A stretch of 23,670 nucleotides of DNA from Kofleriaceae bacterium. Its GTDB lineage: Bacteria; Myxococcota_A; Polyangia; Haliangiales; Haliangiaceae. The stretch is from contig JBKJLC010000139.1 of the NCBI GenBank assembly GCA_046597055.1, positions 1 to 23,670 on the forward strand, written 5' to 3'. Of this stretch, positions 1 to 10,055 are shown piece after piece. The notes beneath the pieces were generated by a model. It was not told the DNA's origin. It was given only the letters and a program-made list of their open reading frames with translations, and did no database searches. The translations under genes were made by a program, and so were the position numbers. Every line of letters starts with the position of its first letter. Position 1 is the first letter of the stretch.

Positions 1-2
1 GG

Positions 3-1751
3 CTAGAACTTCGCCTGCAGGGTCAGGTTGGTGCCGAGCTGGTTGAACTCGCCGAACTCGTAGCGGAACAGATCGTCGGGGCCCGAGCGGACCAGGCGGG
101 TCTGGTTCTGGTCGTAGCTGAAGTAGACGTCGAGGACGGCGGCGTAGATGTCGCCGAAGTCGAGCTGGCCGGTGAGCTTGAACGCGAGCTGCGGGGCGAC
201 CGACTCGCCGGCGGGCAGGATGGTGATGAGCGTCTGCTGGCCGTTGTTGCGGATCACCGCGGTCGAGTTGCCGGTCATCGTGGTGTCGCCGGGGATGCCG
301 GTCGGCGAGGTCAGGGTCGCCGGGACCTCGACGCCGACCACGGCGCCCAGGGTCAGGCGATCCTGAAAGTTCTGGTCGACGCCGACGGCCGCGAAGAAGT
401 TCGGCGTGATGTCGTACTCCTTGGGGAAGTCGGAGTAGGTCGGCAGCGACGGGACCGAGTGCAGCACGAACGCGAGGTCGCGGTACTGCAGGTCGAGGCG
501 CAGGCGCAGGCGGTCCATCATCACGCGGACGTTGAGGTCGCCGGCGAGCCCGCTCTGGATCTTGGTCGTGCCCGACTTCTCCGGATCCTTCAGCGTCTGG
601 CCCAGGTAGGTCGCCTCGGCCATCGCGAGCCACGACACGCCGCCCGGGTACTTCGCCTTCTGGAAGACCCGGCCGATGCGCTCGGGATCGTACTTGTAGA
701 GCTTGTAGTCGACCGACGAGGACACCGGCATGCCGTCGTGCAGCGCGACCTGCGCCGACGCGCCGAACAGCTGCACGTCCTGGGTGTTGACGTCCTCGAG
801 CTCGTTCGAGCCGCGGTTGAAGAGGCCGCCGTTCAGCTCGACCCGCAACATCGGCGACAGGTCGACGCCGGCGCCGGCGAGGAACGCCAGCTTGGCGACC
901 TGCTCGGCGGTCGAGGTGTCGAGCAGCACCGCGCTCTTGGCGCCGACGAAGGCGTAGGCGGTGCCGGTGTCGTACTGGAGCTTCATGCCAGGGACCGCTT
1001 GCGCGCTGCGGCGGTACTCCTCGTTGCCACCCCACGACAGGCGGTAGCTGTAGCCGAGCCGGAGGCGATCCGACGAGACCGGGAAGGTCGTCAGCGTGAG
1101 GCGGGTCGGATCCTTGCGGGTGGCGTCCTTCCACCACGACACGAGGATGTAGCTACCGGCATCGCTGAGATCGATGCGCCGCTCGCTGATCTCGTTCATC
1201 CGCATCACGAACGCGCCCTCGACCTCGAGGTGGTCCTTGCGGTAGTTGCGATACATGATCGCGTGCGACAGCGTCTCGTAGCCCGAGAAGCGGGTGTCGT
1301 AGTTGTCGAAGAACAGCGTGCCCAGCGAGCTGGGCCGGCCGAACCGCCAGCCCGGCACGCTCGGGATCGTCTCGCCCGGCTTGGCGAGGATGTTCTCGTT
1401 GGTGAGCGTGAAGTTGAGCCGGATGTCGGTGAAGCCCTGGGAGCCCGTCAGGTAGTCGCCACCGGCCGCGTCGGCAGCCTTGGCGTCCTCGACGGCGGGG
1501 ACGGCGGCGGCGGCCTCGGCTTCGGCAGCGGTCTGGGCGGCCACCCGCGCGCGCTCGGCGGCGACGGCATCGGCGGCGGCCTGTTCGGCGATCACGCGGA
1601 CGTCGGCTTCGGTCAGCCCGGCGGGCGCGACCGGGTCGGGCGCAGGCGCGGGCGCGGGCACCGGGGCGGGCGCGGGCTGGGCGAGGGCGGCGGGAGCGAG
1701 CGCACCGATCAGGGTGAGCACGCCGGCGAAGCGGGGCAGAATTCGAGCCAC
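3..1751 (-). CDS. Putative outer-membrane beta-barrel protein, uncharacterised (~582 aa)
   Basis: GTG at 1751 with GGAGG (1757-1761) 5 nt upstream, in frame with ORF 3..2033. Signal peptide (ARILPRFAGVLTLIGALAPAALA-Q), then a Pro/Ala linker, many alternating amphipathic strands, and a C-terminal NLTLQAKF ending in Phe, the typical BAM beta-signal. Confidence 0.75.
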   Translation of the reverse strand: MARILPRFAGVLTLIGALAPAALAQPAPAPVPAPAPAPDPVAPAGLTEADVRVIAEQAAADAVAAERARVAAQTAAEAEAAAAVPAVEDAKAADAAGGDYLTGSQGFTDIRLNFTLTNENILAKPGETIPSVPGWRFGRPSSLGTLFFDNYDTRFSGYETLSHAIMYRNYRKDHLEVEGAFVMRMNEISERRIDLSDAGSYILVSWWKDATRKDPTRLTLTTFPVSSDRLRLGYSYRLSWGGNEEYRRSAQAVPGMKLQYDTGTAYAFVGAKSAVLLDTSTAEQVAKLAFLAGAGVDLSPMLRVELNGGLFNRGSNELEDVNTQDVQLFGASAQVALHDGMPVSSSVDYKLYKYDPERIGRVFQKAKYPGGVSWLAMAEATYLGQTLKDPEKSGTTKIQSGLAGDLNVRVMMDRLRLRLDLQYRDLAFVLHSVPSLPTYSDFPKEYDITPNFFAAVGVDQNFQDRLTLGAVVGVEVPATLTSPTGIPGDTTMTGNSTAVIRNNGQQTLITILPAGESVAPQLAFKLTGQLDFGDIYAAVLDVYFSYDQNQTRLVRSGPDDLFRYEFGEFNQLGTNLTLQAKF

Positions 1752-1804
1752 GAGGGCCTCCAGGCGGTCCAGGGAACAGCAGCCGAGGTCAGCAAGACCT
1801 CGTG

Positions 1805-2971
1805 CTAGGGAACGAGATCGGCGTCCGTGCGGGGGAACACGATCCAGACGTTGAAGTTGCCGATGCTCACCGGCCGCAGCGGGCCGACGACCCGCGCGAT
1901 GGTCATGCCGACGCGGGTCGCGGGATCGAAGTCGACCACGCCCGCGGTGATGACGTTGATCGGCGAGCCGCAGCCGCGGCCGATGTCGAGCTTCCACTGC
2001 TTGTAGGTCGCGTACTCCTCGTCGAGCTCGCACACGGTGGCGTCCTCGACCGCGACCAGCCCGGCCTCGTGGCGCTCAAACTCGATCTTGTTGGTCAACC
2101 AGGACACGTCGATCACCGCCGGCACCGGGACCCGGGCTGGGTCGAACGAGGTGTCGTCGCCGACGAAGCTCTGCGGGAAGCCGATCTCGGTCAGGCCGTT
2201 GAACTCCTGCACGCCACCGGCGAAGCCGGAGATGAACTGACCGGTCACGATGTTGCGACCGCGCTCGTCGCGGGGCCGCGAGAACGAGAAGATCAGCATG
2301 TGATCGTAGGGCCCGGGGATGCACGGCGGCGTTCCGGCCGCGTCGGCGCACTCGACGTCGGACACCGAGTAGCCCTGGGCGTAGGTGCCGTTGACGACCA
2401 GCCGGCCGTTCGCGCCGTAGCGCGAGCCCGATACCGTGACCTGCTTGAGCTCGAGTGGTGACGCGGTGAGCGCGTCGATCGCCGTCTCGTCGCGCGGGGT
2501 CTGGATGTCGACCACGTAAGGATCGCGGTACCACAGCACCGGCGAGGTGCCGGTCGCGTAGCTGCCGTCGGTGCCGCCATCTTCGACCCACAGCACGGTC
2601 GGGCCGAACACCGAGGGCAGCGCGACCGCGGTCGGCGGTGACACCCCGTCCTGCAGGGCGACGGTGGTGAGCGGCGTGGTGCCGAGCTCGGGGGTCAGCG
2701 TGCCGAGGTACTGCACGTAGACCTCGACCTCGAAGTCGAAGTCGGTGTCGATCTGGTTCTGGGCGTCGATCGCCGTGACCTTGATCTGCGCGGTGCGGGC
2801 GGTGTCGGGCAGCCGTCGATCGCTGGCGCCGGGATCGGTCGGGGCCAGCAGCTCGACTCGCAGCGACGTGGTCTCGTCGAGCGGCGGCAGGGTCTCGACG
2901 CAGGCGACCAGCGCGCTGACCGCGACGGCCGCGCCGCAGGCTCGGAGGATCGATGGAAGGTGGCGGGTCAT
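1805..2971 (-). CDS. Lipoprotein with probable OB-fold nucleic-acid-binding-like region (YhcR/ExeM-type motifs)
   Basis: ATG 2971 with GGAG upstream; alternative ATG 2986 overlaps the upstream TGA as ATGA. Lipobox ALVA-C. The segments GGVQEFNGLTEI and EFERHEAGLVAV resemble the GxVxE(F/Y)xGxTQL and ExxEGxLV motifs of the OB-fold region of extracellular nucleases. No catalytic nuclease domain recognised. Confidence 0.65.
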   Translation of the reverse strand: MTRHLPSILRACGAAVAVSALVACVETLPPLDETTSLRVELLAPTDPGASDRRLPDTARTAQIKVTAIDAQNQIDTDFDFEVEVYVQYLGTLTPELGTTPLTTVALQDGVSPPTAVALPSVFGPTVLWVEDGGTDGSYATGTSPVLWYRDPYVVDIQTPRDETAIDALTASPLELKQVTVSGSRYGANGRLVVNGTYAQGYSVSDVECADAAGTPPCIPGPYDHMLIFSFSRPRDERGRNIVTGQFISGFAGGVQEFNGLTEIGFPQSFVGDDTSFDPARVPVPAVIDVSWLTNKIEFERHEAGLVAVEDATVCELDEEYATYKQWKLDIGRGCGSPINVITAGVVDFDPATRVGMTIARVVGPLRPVSIGNFNVWIVFPRTDADLVP

Positions 2972-2982
2972 GAGCGGCTCCA

Positions 2983-4854
2983 TCATTCGAACAGCGGCCG
3001 GATGCGACCGTCGTGCGGCTCGAGCGCGCCGCCGAAGCACGGCACCGGCCCCCAGCGCTCGACCACCGAGCGGCGCGGGGTCTGGGTATCGGTCGTATCG
3101 ATCACCTCGGGACCGCACTTCGCCTGCTGGCGCAGGTACACGGTCAGCGAGTCGCGCAGCGCGACGCCGGTGTCCTGCTTGGACGTGTTGCGCTTGAGCG
3201 CGTCGAAGCCGGAGCCACCGCGGGCGATGTAGTCGTTGACCGCGACCCGGTACAGGGCGGTCTTCACCAGTGGCCGGCAGCCGGCCGACGGCACGATCGG
3301 CCCGTCGGGCACGCCGGCGCGGCAGTTCTCGCCGAGCCAGATGTTCTTGGCGCACGCGGTCGCGTTGGGGTCGTCGCAGGTCCCTTCCTTGGCACGGCAC
3401 ACCATGTCGAACCAGATGCCGGCGACCTGGGCCTGGGTCCGGCAGCCGCGCTCGCCCGACTTGCGAGTCACGAAGTCGAGCGTCTCCTGCACCTCGGAGC
3501 CCGACAGGTACATGACCGTGATCGAGTTCTCGAACGGGAAGACGTTGAACATCTGCTCGACAGTGAGCGGGCCCTGCTCGAAGTCGGCGCGCACGCCGAG
3601 GGTGTTGGTCAGCGCGAACTCGGCCTCGACGCCCGACCGGGTCTGCATCGAGCGCGCGACCAGGTTGCCGAGCTGCGAGTCGCCGCCCGACTGATCGTTG
3701 CGGGTGATCTTGGCGGTGCCCTCGGTGTTGACGTAGCCGAACACGCCATCGAGATCGAGGTCGCGGTTGATCGCGACCGAGTACGGCCACAGCACGTCGG
3801 CGACCTCGGGGTCGTCGGGGATGCGCGAGTCGACCGGGATGTTCTCGTACGCGAACGAGACGACCCGGCTGCGCCTGGCGGGGTCACCGTTGTCCTCGCC
3901 GATGCGGACCACGAGGTCGAGCCGGCCCACGAACTTGGCGAACGCGCCCGAGTGGACCAGGACCGTGTTGTGGCCCTCGGTGTCCGACGGGATGATCTTG
4001 GGCGGGTTGGTGACGATGTGGAGGTGACCGCCAAGGATCAGGTCGATGCCGCCGAGCGGCAGCGCCTCGTTCTCGTCGGTGACGTCGGCGGCGGACAGGC
4101 CCTCGTCCTCGTCGAGGCCGAGGTGGCTGACCACGATCAGCACGTCGACCGTCGGCCGCAGCAGGCGCACGTACTCGTCGATCACCTGGTCGTCGGCGCG
4201 CGGGCGCAGGCCGAGCGAGTTGCCGCCCTCGAAGATGCCGGTCATCGACGACCAGTTGGCCATGCCGATCACGCCGACCTTCACGCCCTCGAGGTCGTAG
4301 ATCGCGTAGGGGGCGACCACGTCCTTCAGGCTGCGGGCGTCGGGGTTGGGCGGATCCTCGAAGACGTAGTTGGCGGCGAGCAGCCGGAACTGGGCCCAGT
4401 TGTCGATCTGCTCGTAGAGGTTGTTCGAGCCGAGATCGAACTCGTGGTTGCCGATGACGGCGGCGTCCATGCCGGCGACCGACAGCGCTCGCATCTCGGC
4501 CTCGCCCTTGAACATGTTGAAGACCGGCGCGCCCTGGAAGCAGTCGCCCGAGTCGAGCCACAGCGCCCGGTTCGAGCTCTGCCGGATGCGCTTGGCGATG
4601 GTCGCCATGCGGGCCACGCCGCCGAACGGCGCGTTGGCCTGGACCAGGCCATCGTTGCGCTCGAAGCGGTTGGGGACGAAGTTGTAGGGGAACAGCCGAG
4701 AGTGGATGTCCGACGTGTGGATCATCGTGAGGCGGACGTCCTGACCGACCAGATCAGGGGCCTCGCGCTCGACCGTGCAGGCCGCCGCGCCGAGGCTCGC
4801 CGCGACGAGGATGGACGTGACCGCGAGTGACGACGACGGGGCGGCACGACGCAT
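2983..4854 (-). CDS. Bifunctional metallophosphoesterase / 5'-nucleotidase family lipoprotein
   Basis: Calcineurin-like motifs HTSDIH, DSGD, GNHEFD, SHLG and GGHLH. 5'-nucleotidase C-domain motifs SQLGNLVA, FPFENSI, YRVAVNDYIARGGSGF. Lipobox-like GAAA-C after ATG 4854. Confidence 0.92.
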   Translation of the reverse strand: MRRAAPSSSLAVTSILVAASLGAAACTVEREAPDLVGQDVRLTMIHTSDIHSRLFPYNFVPNRFERNDGLVQANAPFGGVARMATIAKRIRQSSNRALWLDSGDCFQGAPVFNMFKGEAEMRALSVAGMDAAVIGNHEFDLGSNNLYEQIDNWAQFRLLAANYVFEDPPNPDARSLKDVVAPYAIYDLEGVKVGVIGMANWSSMTGIFEGGNSLGLRPRADDQVIDEYVRLLRPTVDVLIVVSHLGLDEDEGLSAADVTDENEALPLGGIDLILGGHLHIVTNPPKIIPSDTEGHNTVLVHSGAFAKFVGRLDLVVRIGEDNGDPARRSRVVSFAYENIPVDSRIPDDPEVADVLWPYSVAINRDLDLDGVFGYVNTEGTAKITRNDQSGGDSQLGNLVARSMQTRSGVEAEFALTNTLGVRADFEQGPLTVEQMFNVFPFENSITVMYLSGSEVQETLDFVTRKSGERGCRTQAQVAGIWFDMVCRAKEGTCDDPNATACAKNIWLGENCRAGVPDGPIVPSAGCRPLVKTALYRVAVNDYIARGGSGFDALKRNTSKQDTGVALRDSLTVYLRQQAKCGPEVIDTTDTQTPRRSVVERWGPVPCFGGALEPHDGRIRPLFE

Positions 4855-4957
4855 GGAGCGAGCTTGTACCGCCGGCCCGTGCGACGGCGCAAGTGCCAAC
4901 CGGCTAGCGATCCCCTTACAGTGCGCCGCGTCGGCGCCGCAGTCGTGAGCCGTGCTG

Positions 4958-4963
4958 TACAGT
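4958..4963 (+). promoter_or_regulatory. Putative -10 element (TACAGT) 6 nt before the pyk ATG; leaderless-type
   Basis: TACAGT-ccgccg-ATG with no Shine-Dalgarno; the same geometry recurs at many genes in the window. Confidence 0.55.
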
Positions 4964-4969
4964 CCGCCG

Positions 4970-6385
<1,416 letters not shown>

Positions 6386-6763
6386 TCAGCGGTTGCGACT
6401 GCCCGCCCGCTCGCTCACCTCGACGTAGGCGAACGCGGAGGCGGCGGTCTCGAAGTAGCGCACCAGCTCGTGCGAGCAGGTCACGTCGACCAGCGGGCCG
6501 CCGGGCGCGCCCGGGTCGACCAGGCGGACCCGGCCGCCGAACCGGACCGCGATGATCGTCCGCTCCTGACGCGGTGCGCGGCGACACCGGCCGCCGGGCG
6601 AGCACCACAGCGGGCGGGTCGCCTCGGTGCAGACCGCGAGCACCAGCTGCTCGCCGTCCGCGAGCGCGTCCAGCCAGCGCCACAGCGCCGGCGCCGAGGT
6701 GACGAACGTACCCGCGGGAATCGGGGGCCGTCGGTCGCACATCATCGCCGTCGTCGCGTCCAT
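6386..6763 (-). CDS. Hypothetical protein (125 aa)
   Basis: Strong SD (GGAGG at 6770-6774) before ATG 6763. Fills the gap after pyk; its stop codon directly abuts the pyk stop. No family recognised. Confidence 0.65.
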   Translation of the reverse strand: MDATTAMMCDRRPPIPAGTFVTSAPALWRWLDALADGEQLVLAVCTEATRPLWCSPGGRCRRAPRQERTIIAVRFGGRVRLVDPGAPGGPLVDVTCSHELVRYFETAASAFAYVEVSERAGSRNR

Positions 6764-6795
6764 GTCTCACCTCCGGTTTCGATGAGGGAGGTACC

Positions 6796-6811
6796 TGCGA
6801 CTGCCGTGCCG
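6796..6811 (-). promoter_or_regulatory. Putative sigma-54 (-24/-12) promoter for the 125-aa gene
   Basis: Minus strand reads CGGCACG-GCAG-TCGCA versus consensus TGGCACG-N4-TTGCW. GG/GC spacing is correct and it lies ~33 nt upstream of the ATG. Confidence 0.55.
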
Positions 6812-6967
6812 GCGGGATTCTGACCACGACTCACGCAGTTGCAGCCGCCTACGGGACGCGATGTCTCACCGAGGGCGTGAATCCATGGTCGGTGACGGGA
6901 CAGTGACCGGGCCGCGTCACCCCATGTACGTCCCCATGGGATTGGCCCAACCATGCCGCATCGTTGC

Positions 6968-6996
6968 TTGAGCGGGTGGGGTCAGGCGGTTAGCAT
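6968..6996 (+). promoter_or_regulatory. Putative sigma-70-type promoter of the kinase gene (TTGAGC-17 nt-TAGCAT)
   Basis: TTGAGC 6968-6973, 17-nt spacer, TAGCAT 6991-6996, then 6 nt to GTG 7003. Confidence 0.6.
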
Positions 6997-7002
6997 GGGC
7001 GC

Positions 7003-8721
7003 GTGTCGACGACGCCGGGGGCGCTGGACGGGGACGACCTCGGGATGGACCTCGGCACCGTCCTGCTGGGCAAGTACCGGATTGACGCGGTGCTCGGACG
7101 TGGCGGGATGGGGGTCGTCGCGCGCGCCACCCACCTCGGGCTGGACGAGCCGGTCGCCATCAAGTTCCTGCGCAAGGAGGCGGCGGCCGATCCGGAGGCG
7201 GCCCGGCGCTTCCTGCGCGAGGCCCAGGCCGCGGTCAAGCTCAAGAGCGAGCACGTCGCCCGCGTGATCGACGTCGGGACGACGGAGGGCCACGGGCCCT
7301 ACCTCGTGATGGAGTTCCTCGAAGGCGTCGATCTCGACCAGATGCTCGAGCAGAGCGGGCGGATCGACCCGCCGCTCGCGGTCGAGTTCGTGATCCAGGC
7401 CTGCGCCGCGCTGGCGGAAGCACACTCGCTCGGCATCGTGCACCGCGACGTCAAGCCGGCGAACTTCTTCGTCACGTGGCGCACCGACGGCACCGCCCTG
7501 GTCAAGGTGCTCGACTTCGGGATCTCGAAGATCCAGACGCAGCTCACCGAGATGTCGCTGACCCAGACCCAGTCGGTGCTGGGCACGCCGGCGTACATGT
7601 CTCCGGAGCAGATGCGGTCGGCGCGCGGCGTCGACGCGCGCAGCGACATCTGGTCGCTCGGCACCGTGCTCTTCGAGCTGTGCGAGGGCACCCGGCCGTT
7701 CGAGGCGGAGTCCTTCTCCGAGATGTGCGTGAAGGTCGCGGTCGACACGCCGCTGGCGATGACGGTCGAGCTGCCGCCCGGGCTCGACGACGTGATCCTG
7801 CGCTGCCTGCGCAAGGATCCGGAGACTCGGTACGCGTCGGTCGCCGATCTCGCGGCCGCGCTGGTCCCGTTCGACCGGAACCCGCGGCAGGCGCAAATGA
7901 TGGTCGAGTCGATGCGGCGCATCCTCGGTCGCGGCGCCGCGCCGATGGTGCTGCGCGACCAGGGGTCAGGGCCGATCGCGCTGCCGCGGGCCGCGACGCC
8001 GCCGGTGGCGCGGGCGGCGACGCAGCTGCCGGTGCCGGACGAGCCGGGCGAGCCGGGCGTGAGCGCGGCCCGGCTCGCGTATCCGCCGCGGCGGACCTCG
8101 TCGTGGGCGGCCGGAGCACCGGTGACGGGAGCATCGACGAATGCGTCGGGAACGGCGTGGCCGGTGGTCGAGGGCTCGTGGCCGTCGCCGGCGACGGAGA
8201 CCGGCGAGCGACCGGCGCCGCCGGGGGCGGTTGCGACGGCGGCGCGAGCGGGTGCAGGCGATGCGGGGGCTGCGGGGGCTGCGGTGGTTCCGGCGGGACG
8301 GGCGAGCGCGGCGATCCGGTCGCCGCGGCGGCGGGTGGCGCTGATCGTGGGAGTCGCGGTGCTGACGATCGGGGGAGCGCTGGTGGGGCTGTCGACGACG
8401 GGCGGGGGCAGCGGCGAGGCGGGGCGGGATCGCGGGGCGGGTGCGGTGCCGGCGGTGCCGGCGGGGGTGTCGGGGGGGAAGGCTGGGAGCGAGGGGGGCA
8501 TCGGCATCGGCACCGGCAACGGCATCGGCGCTGGCAGCAGCATCGGCAGCGGCACCGGCACCGGCACCGGCAGCGGCACCGGCACCGGCAGCAGCATCAG
8601 CGCCGGCAGCAGCATCGGCTCCGGCAGCGGCGTCGGCAGCGGCACGCGGCGGAAGCCGGGTGATCGGCGGCGGCAGCGATCGTCGTCGAGTGATGCGGAC
8701 CCGTTCGGCACCCGCAAGTGA
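7003..8721 (+). CDS. Membrane-anchored Hanks-type Ser/Thr protein kinase
   Basis: LGRGGMGVV, VAIK, HRDVKPAN, VKVLDFGISK, GTPAYMSPEQ, DIWSLG. Followed by a Pro/Ala linker, a TM segment (VALIVGVAVLTIGGALVGL), a Gly/Ser/Thr tail and C-terminal DPFGTRK. Confidence 0.96.
   Translation: MSTTPGALDGDDLGMDLGTVLLGKYRIDAVLGRGGMGVVARATHLGLDEPVAIKFLRKEAAADPEAARRFLREAQAAVKLKSEHVARVIDVGTTEGHGPYLVMEFLEGVDLDQMLEQSGRIDPPLAVEFVIQACAALAEAHSLGIVHRDVKPANFFVTWRTDGTALVKVLDFGISKIQTQLTEMSLTQTQSVLGTPAYMSPEQMRSARGVDARSDIWSLGTVLFELCEGTRPFEAESFSEMCVKVAVDTPLAMTVELPPGLDDVILRCLRKDPETRYASVADLAAALVPFDRNPRQAQMMVESMRRILGRGAAPMVLRDQGSGPIALPRAATPPVARAATQLPVPDEPGEPGVSAARLAYPPRRTSSWAAGAPVTGASTNASGTAWPVVEGSWPSPATETGERPAPPGAVATAARAGAGDAGAAGAAVVPAGRASAAIRSPRRRVALIVGVAVLTIGGALVGLSTTGGGSGEAGRDRGAGAVPAVPAGVSGGKAGSEGGIGIGTGNGIGAGSSIGSGTGTGTGSGTGTGSSISAGSSIGSGSGVGSGTRRKPGDRRRQRSSSSDADPFGTRK
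8498..8645 (+). repeat. Degenerate hexanucleotide (GGC ANC) microsatellite-like tract encoding G-[ITS] dipeptides
   Basis: ggcatcggcatcggcaccggcaacggcatc...ggcaccggcaccggcaccggcagcggcaccggcaccggcagc, encoding GIGIGTGNGIGAGSSIGSGTGTGTGSGTGTGSS... Confidence 0.85.
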
Positions 8722-8744
8722 GGCGACGGGCTACCATCGGCGCG

Positions 8745-9767
8745 ATGGGTCGCGTCAGGTCGATGGTTGCGTCGCTCGGGCTCCTCGCGGTCGTCGCCGC
8801 CGTGCCTGCGCCGGCGCGTGCGCAGCCGCAGACGGCCGAGCAGCGGTCCGAGCTGGTGTTCGAGGAGGGACGGAAGCTTGCGGCGGCCGGTCGCTTCGCC
8901 GAGGCGTGCCCCAAGTTCGAGGAGAGCCAGCGGCTGGACCCAGGGCTTGGCACCCTGCTCAATCTGGCGGCCTGCTACCAGGAGCTCGGCAAGCTGGCGT
9001 CGGCGTGGACCGCGTTTCGCTCGGCCGAGGAGCAGGCGCGCGGCGCTGGCGAGAAGAAGCGCGAGCAGATCGCGGCGGAGCGGGCTCGCGCGCTCGAGAC
9101 GCGCGTCGCGCGGCTGACGCTCACGCTGACCGCCGGTGATCGCCCGGCGGGCTTCACCGTGACCCGCGACGGCGCCACCGTCACCGCGCTCGATTTCGGA
9201 CGGCGCCTGCCGGTCGACCCCGGGATCATCGTCATCGAGGCGACCGCGCCCGGGCACCAGCCGTTCCGCGTCGAGGTGGTCGTCGAGGGCGAGAAGGTCT
9301 CGCGCGTGGTCCACGTTCCGGCGCTGGTGCCGGCCGCCCCGACGTCCGGCGAGGTCGCCACGTCCGGCGAGGTCGCCACGCCCGTCGCAGGCCCGGCCGC
9401 GCCGGTGCGCGAGCCGCGAGCGCCGGCGACGCGCCGGCCGCGCCGGCGGATCGCCCTGATCGTCGGTGGGGTCGGCGCCGCCGGGCTGGTCGCCGGCGTG
9501 GGGGTCGGGCTGTCGGCGCGCGGCAGCTACGCCGGCGTCGGCTGCACCGCGGGCGACGGTCCGCCCACCGGCTGCAGCCGCGAGGAAGAGGGCGCGATCG
9601 CCAGCGCCCGCAGCCGCGGCAATCTCGGCACGTTGATCGGCGTGGTCGGGGTCGCCGCGCTCGGCGCCGGCGTCGGCCTGTGGCTCACCGCGCCGGTCGA
9701 GCGGGTCGCGGTCGAGCCCGCGCTCGGCCCCGATGGCGCCGGCGTCACCGTGACTGGCCGCTTTTAG
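8745..9767 (+). CDS. Exported TPR-containing protein with PEGA-like beta domain (myxobacterial kinase-partner type)
   Basis: Signal peptide ending PARA-Q. TPR-like FEEGRKLAAAGRFAEACPKFEESQRLDPGLGTLLNLAACY; LPVDPG..IEATAPGHQPF beta domain; Gly-rich hydrophobic C-terminal segments ending VTGRF. Start ATG 8745 follows a TACCAT box. Confidence 0.8.
   Translation: MGRVRSMVASLGLLAVVAAVPAPARAQPQTAEQRSELVFEEGRKLAAAGRFAEACPKFEESQRLDPGLGTLLNLAACYQELGKLASAWTAFRSAEEQARGAGEKKREQIAAERARALETRVARLTLTLTAGDRPAGFTVTRDGATVTALDFGRRLPVDPGIIVIEATAPGHQPFRVEVVVEGEKVSRVVHVPALVPAAPTSGEVATSGEVATPVAGPAAPVREPRAPATRRPRRRIALIVGGVGAAGLVAGVGVGLSARGSYAGVGCTAGDGPPTGCSREEEGAIASARSRGNLGTLIGVVGVAALGAGVGLWLTAPVERVAVEPALGPDGAGVTVTGRF
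9342..9377 (+). repeat. Perfect 18-bp in-frame tandem duplication (ACGTCCGGCGAGGTCGCC x2; TSGEVA x2)
   Basis: Read directly at 9342-9359 and 9360-9377, in the linker of the TPR protein. Confidence 0.9.
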
Positions 9768-10055
9768 ACCACCTCGCCCGGAGGCCGGCAGACGGCAGAC
9801 CTGCCAGATGCAGCTCGTGATCTTCGACGGTCTACCCTTCGACCGCGGGCTCGCTGCGCGAGCCCTGGCGCAGCGATACCGGGAAGATGTGCGGGCTCCT
9901 GCCGGCTGCAGACCGCCCTGCGACTCCGCGCTCGCGCTGCGCTGGGGGCAGATGACGGTTCGACCGGGCGCTTGCGCCGGGCCGATCGGCATTGCGTTCC
10001 GGATAGCCCGCGCCGGTTTCTGGCGGTCGGCGCAAGCGCGACCTACGATGGCCCG

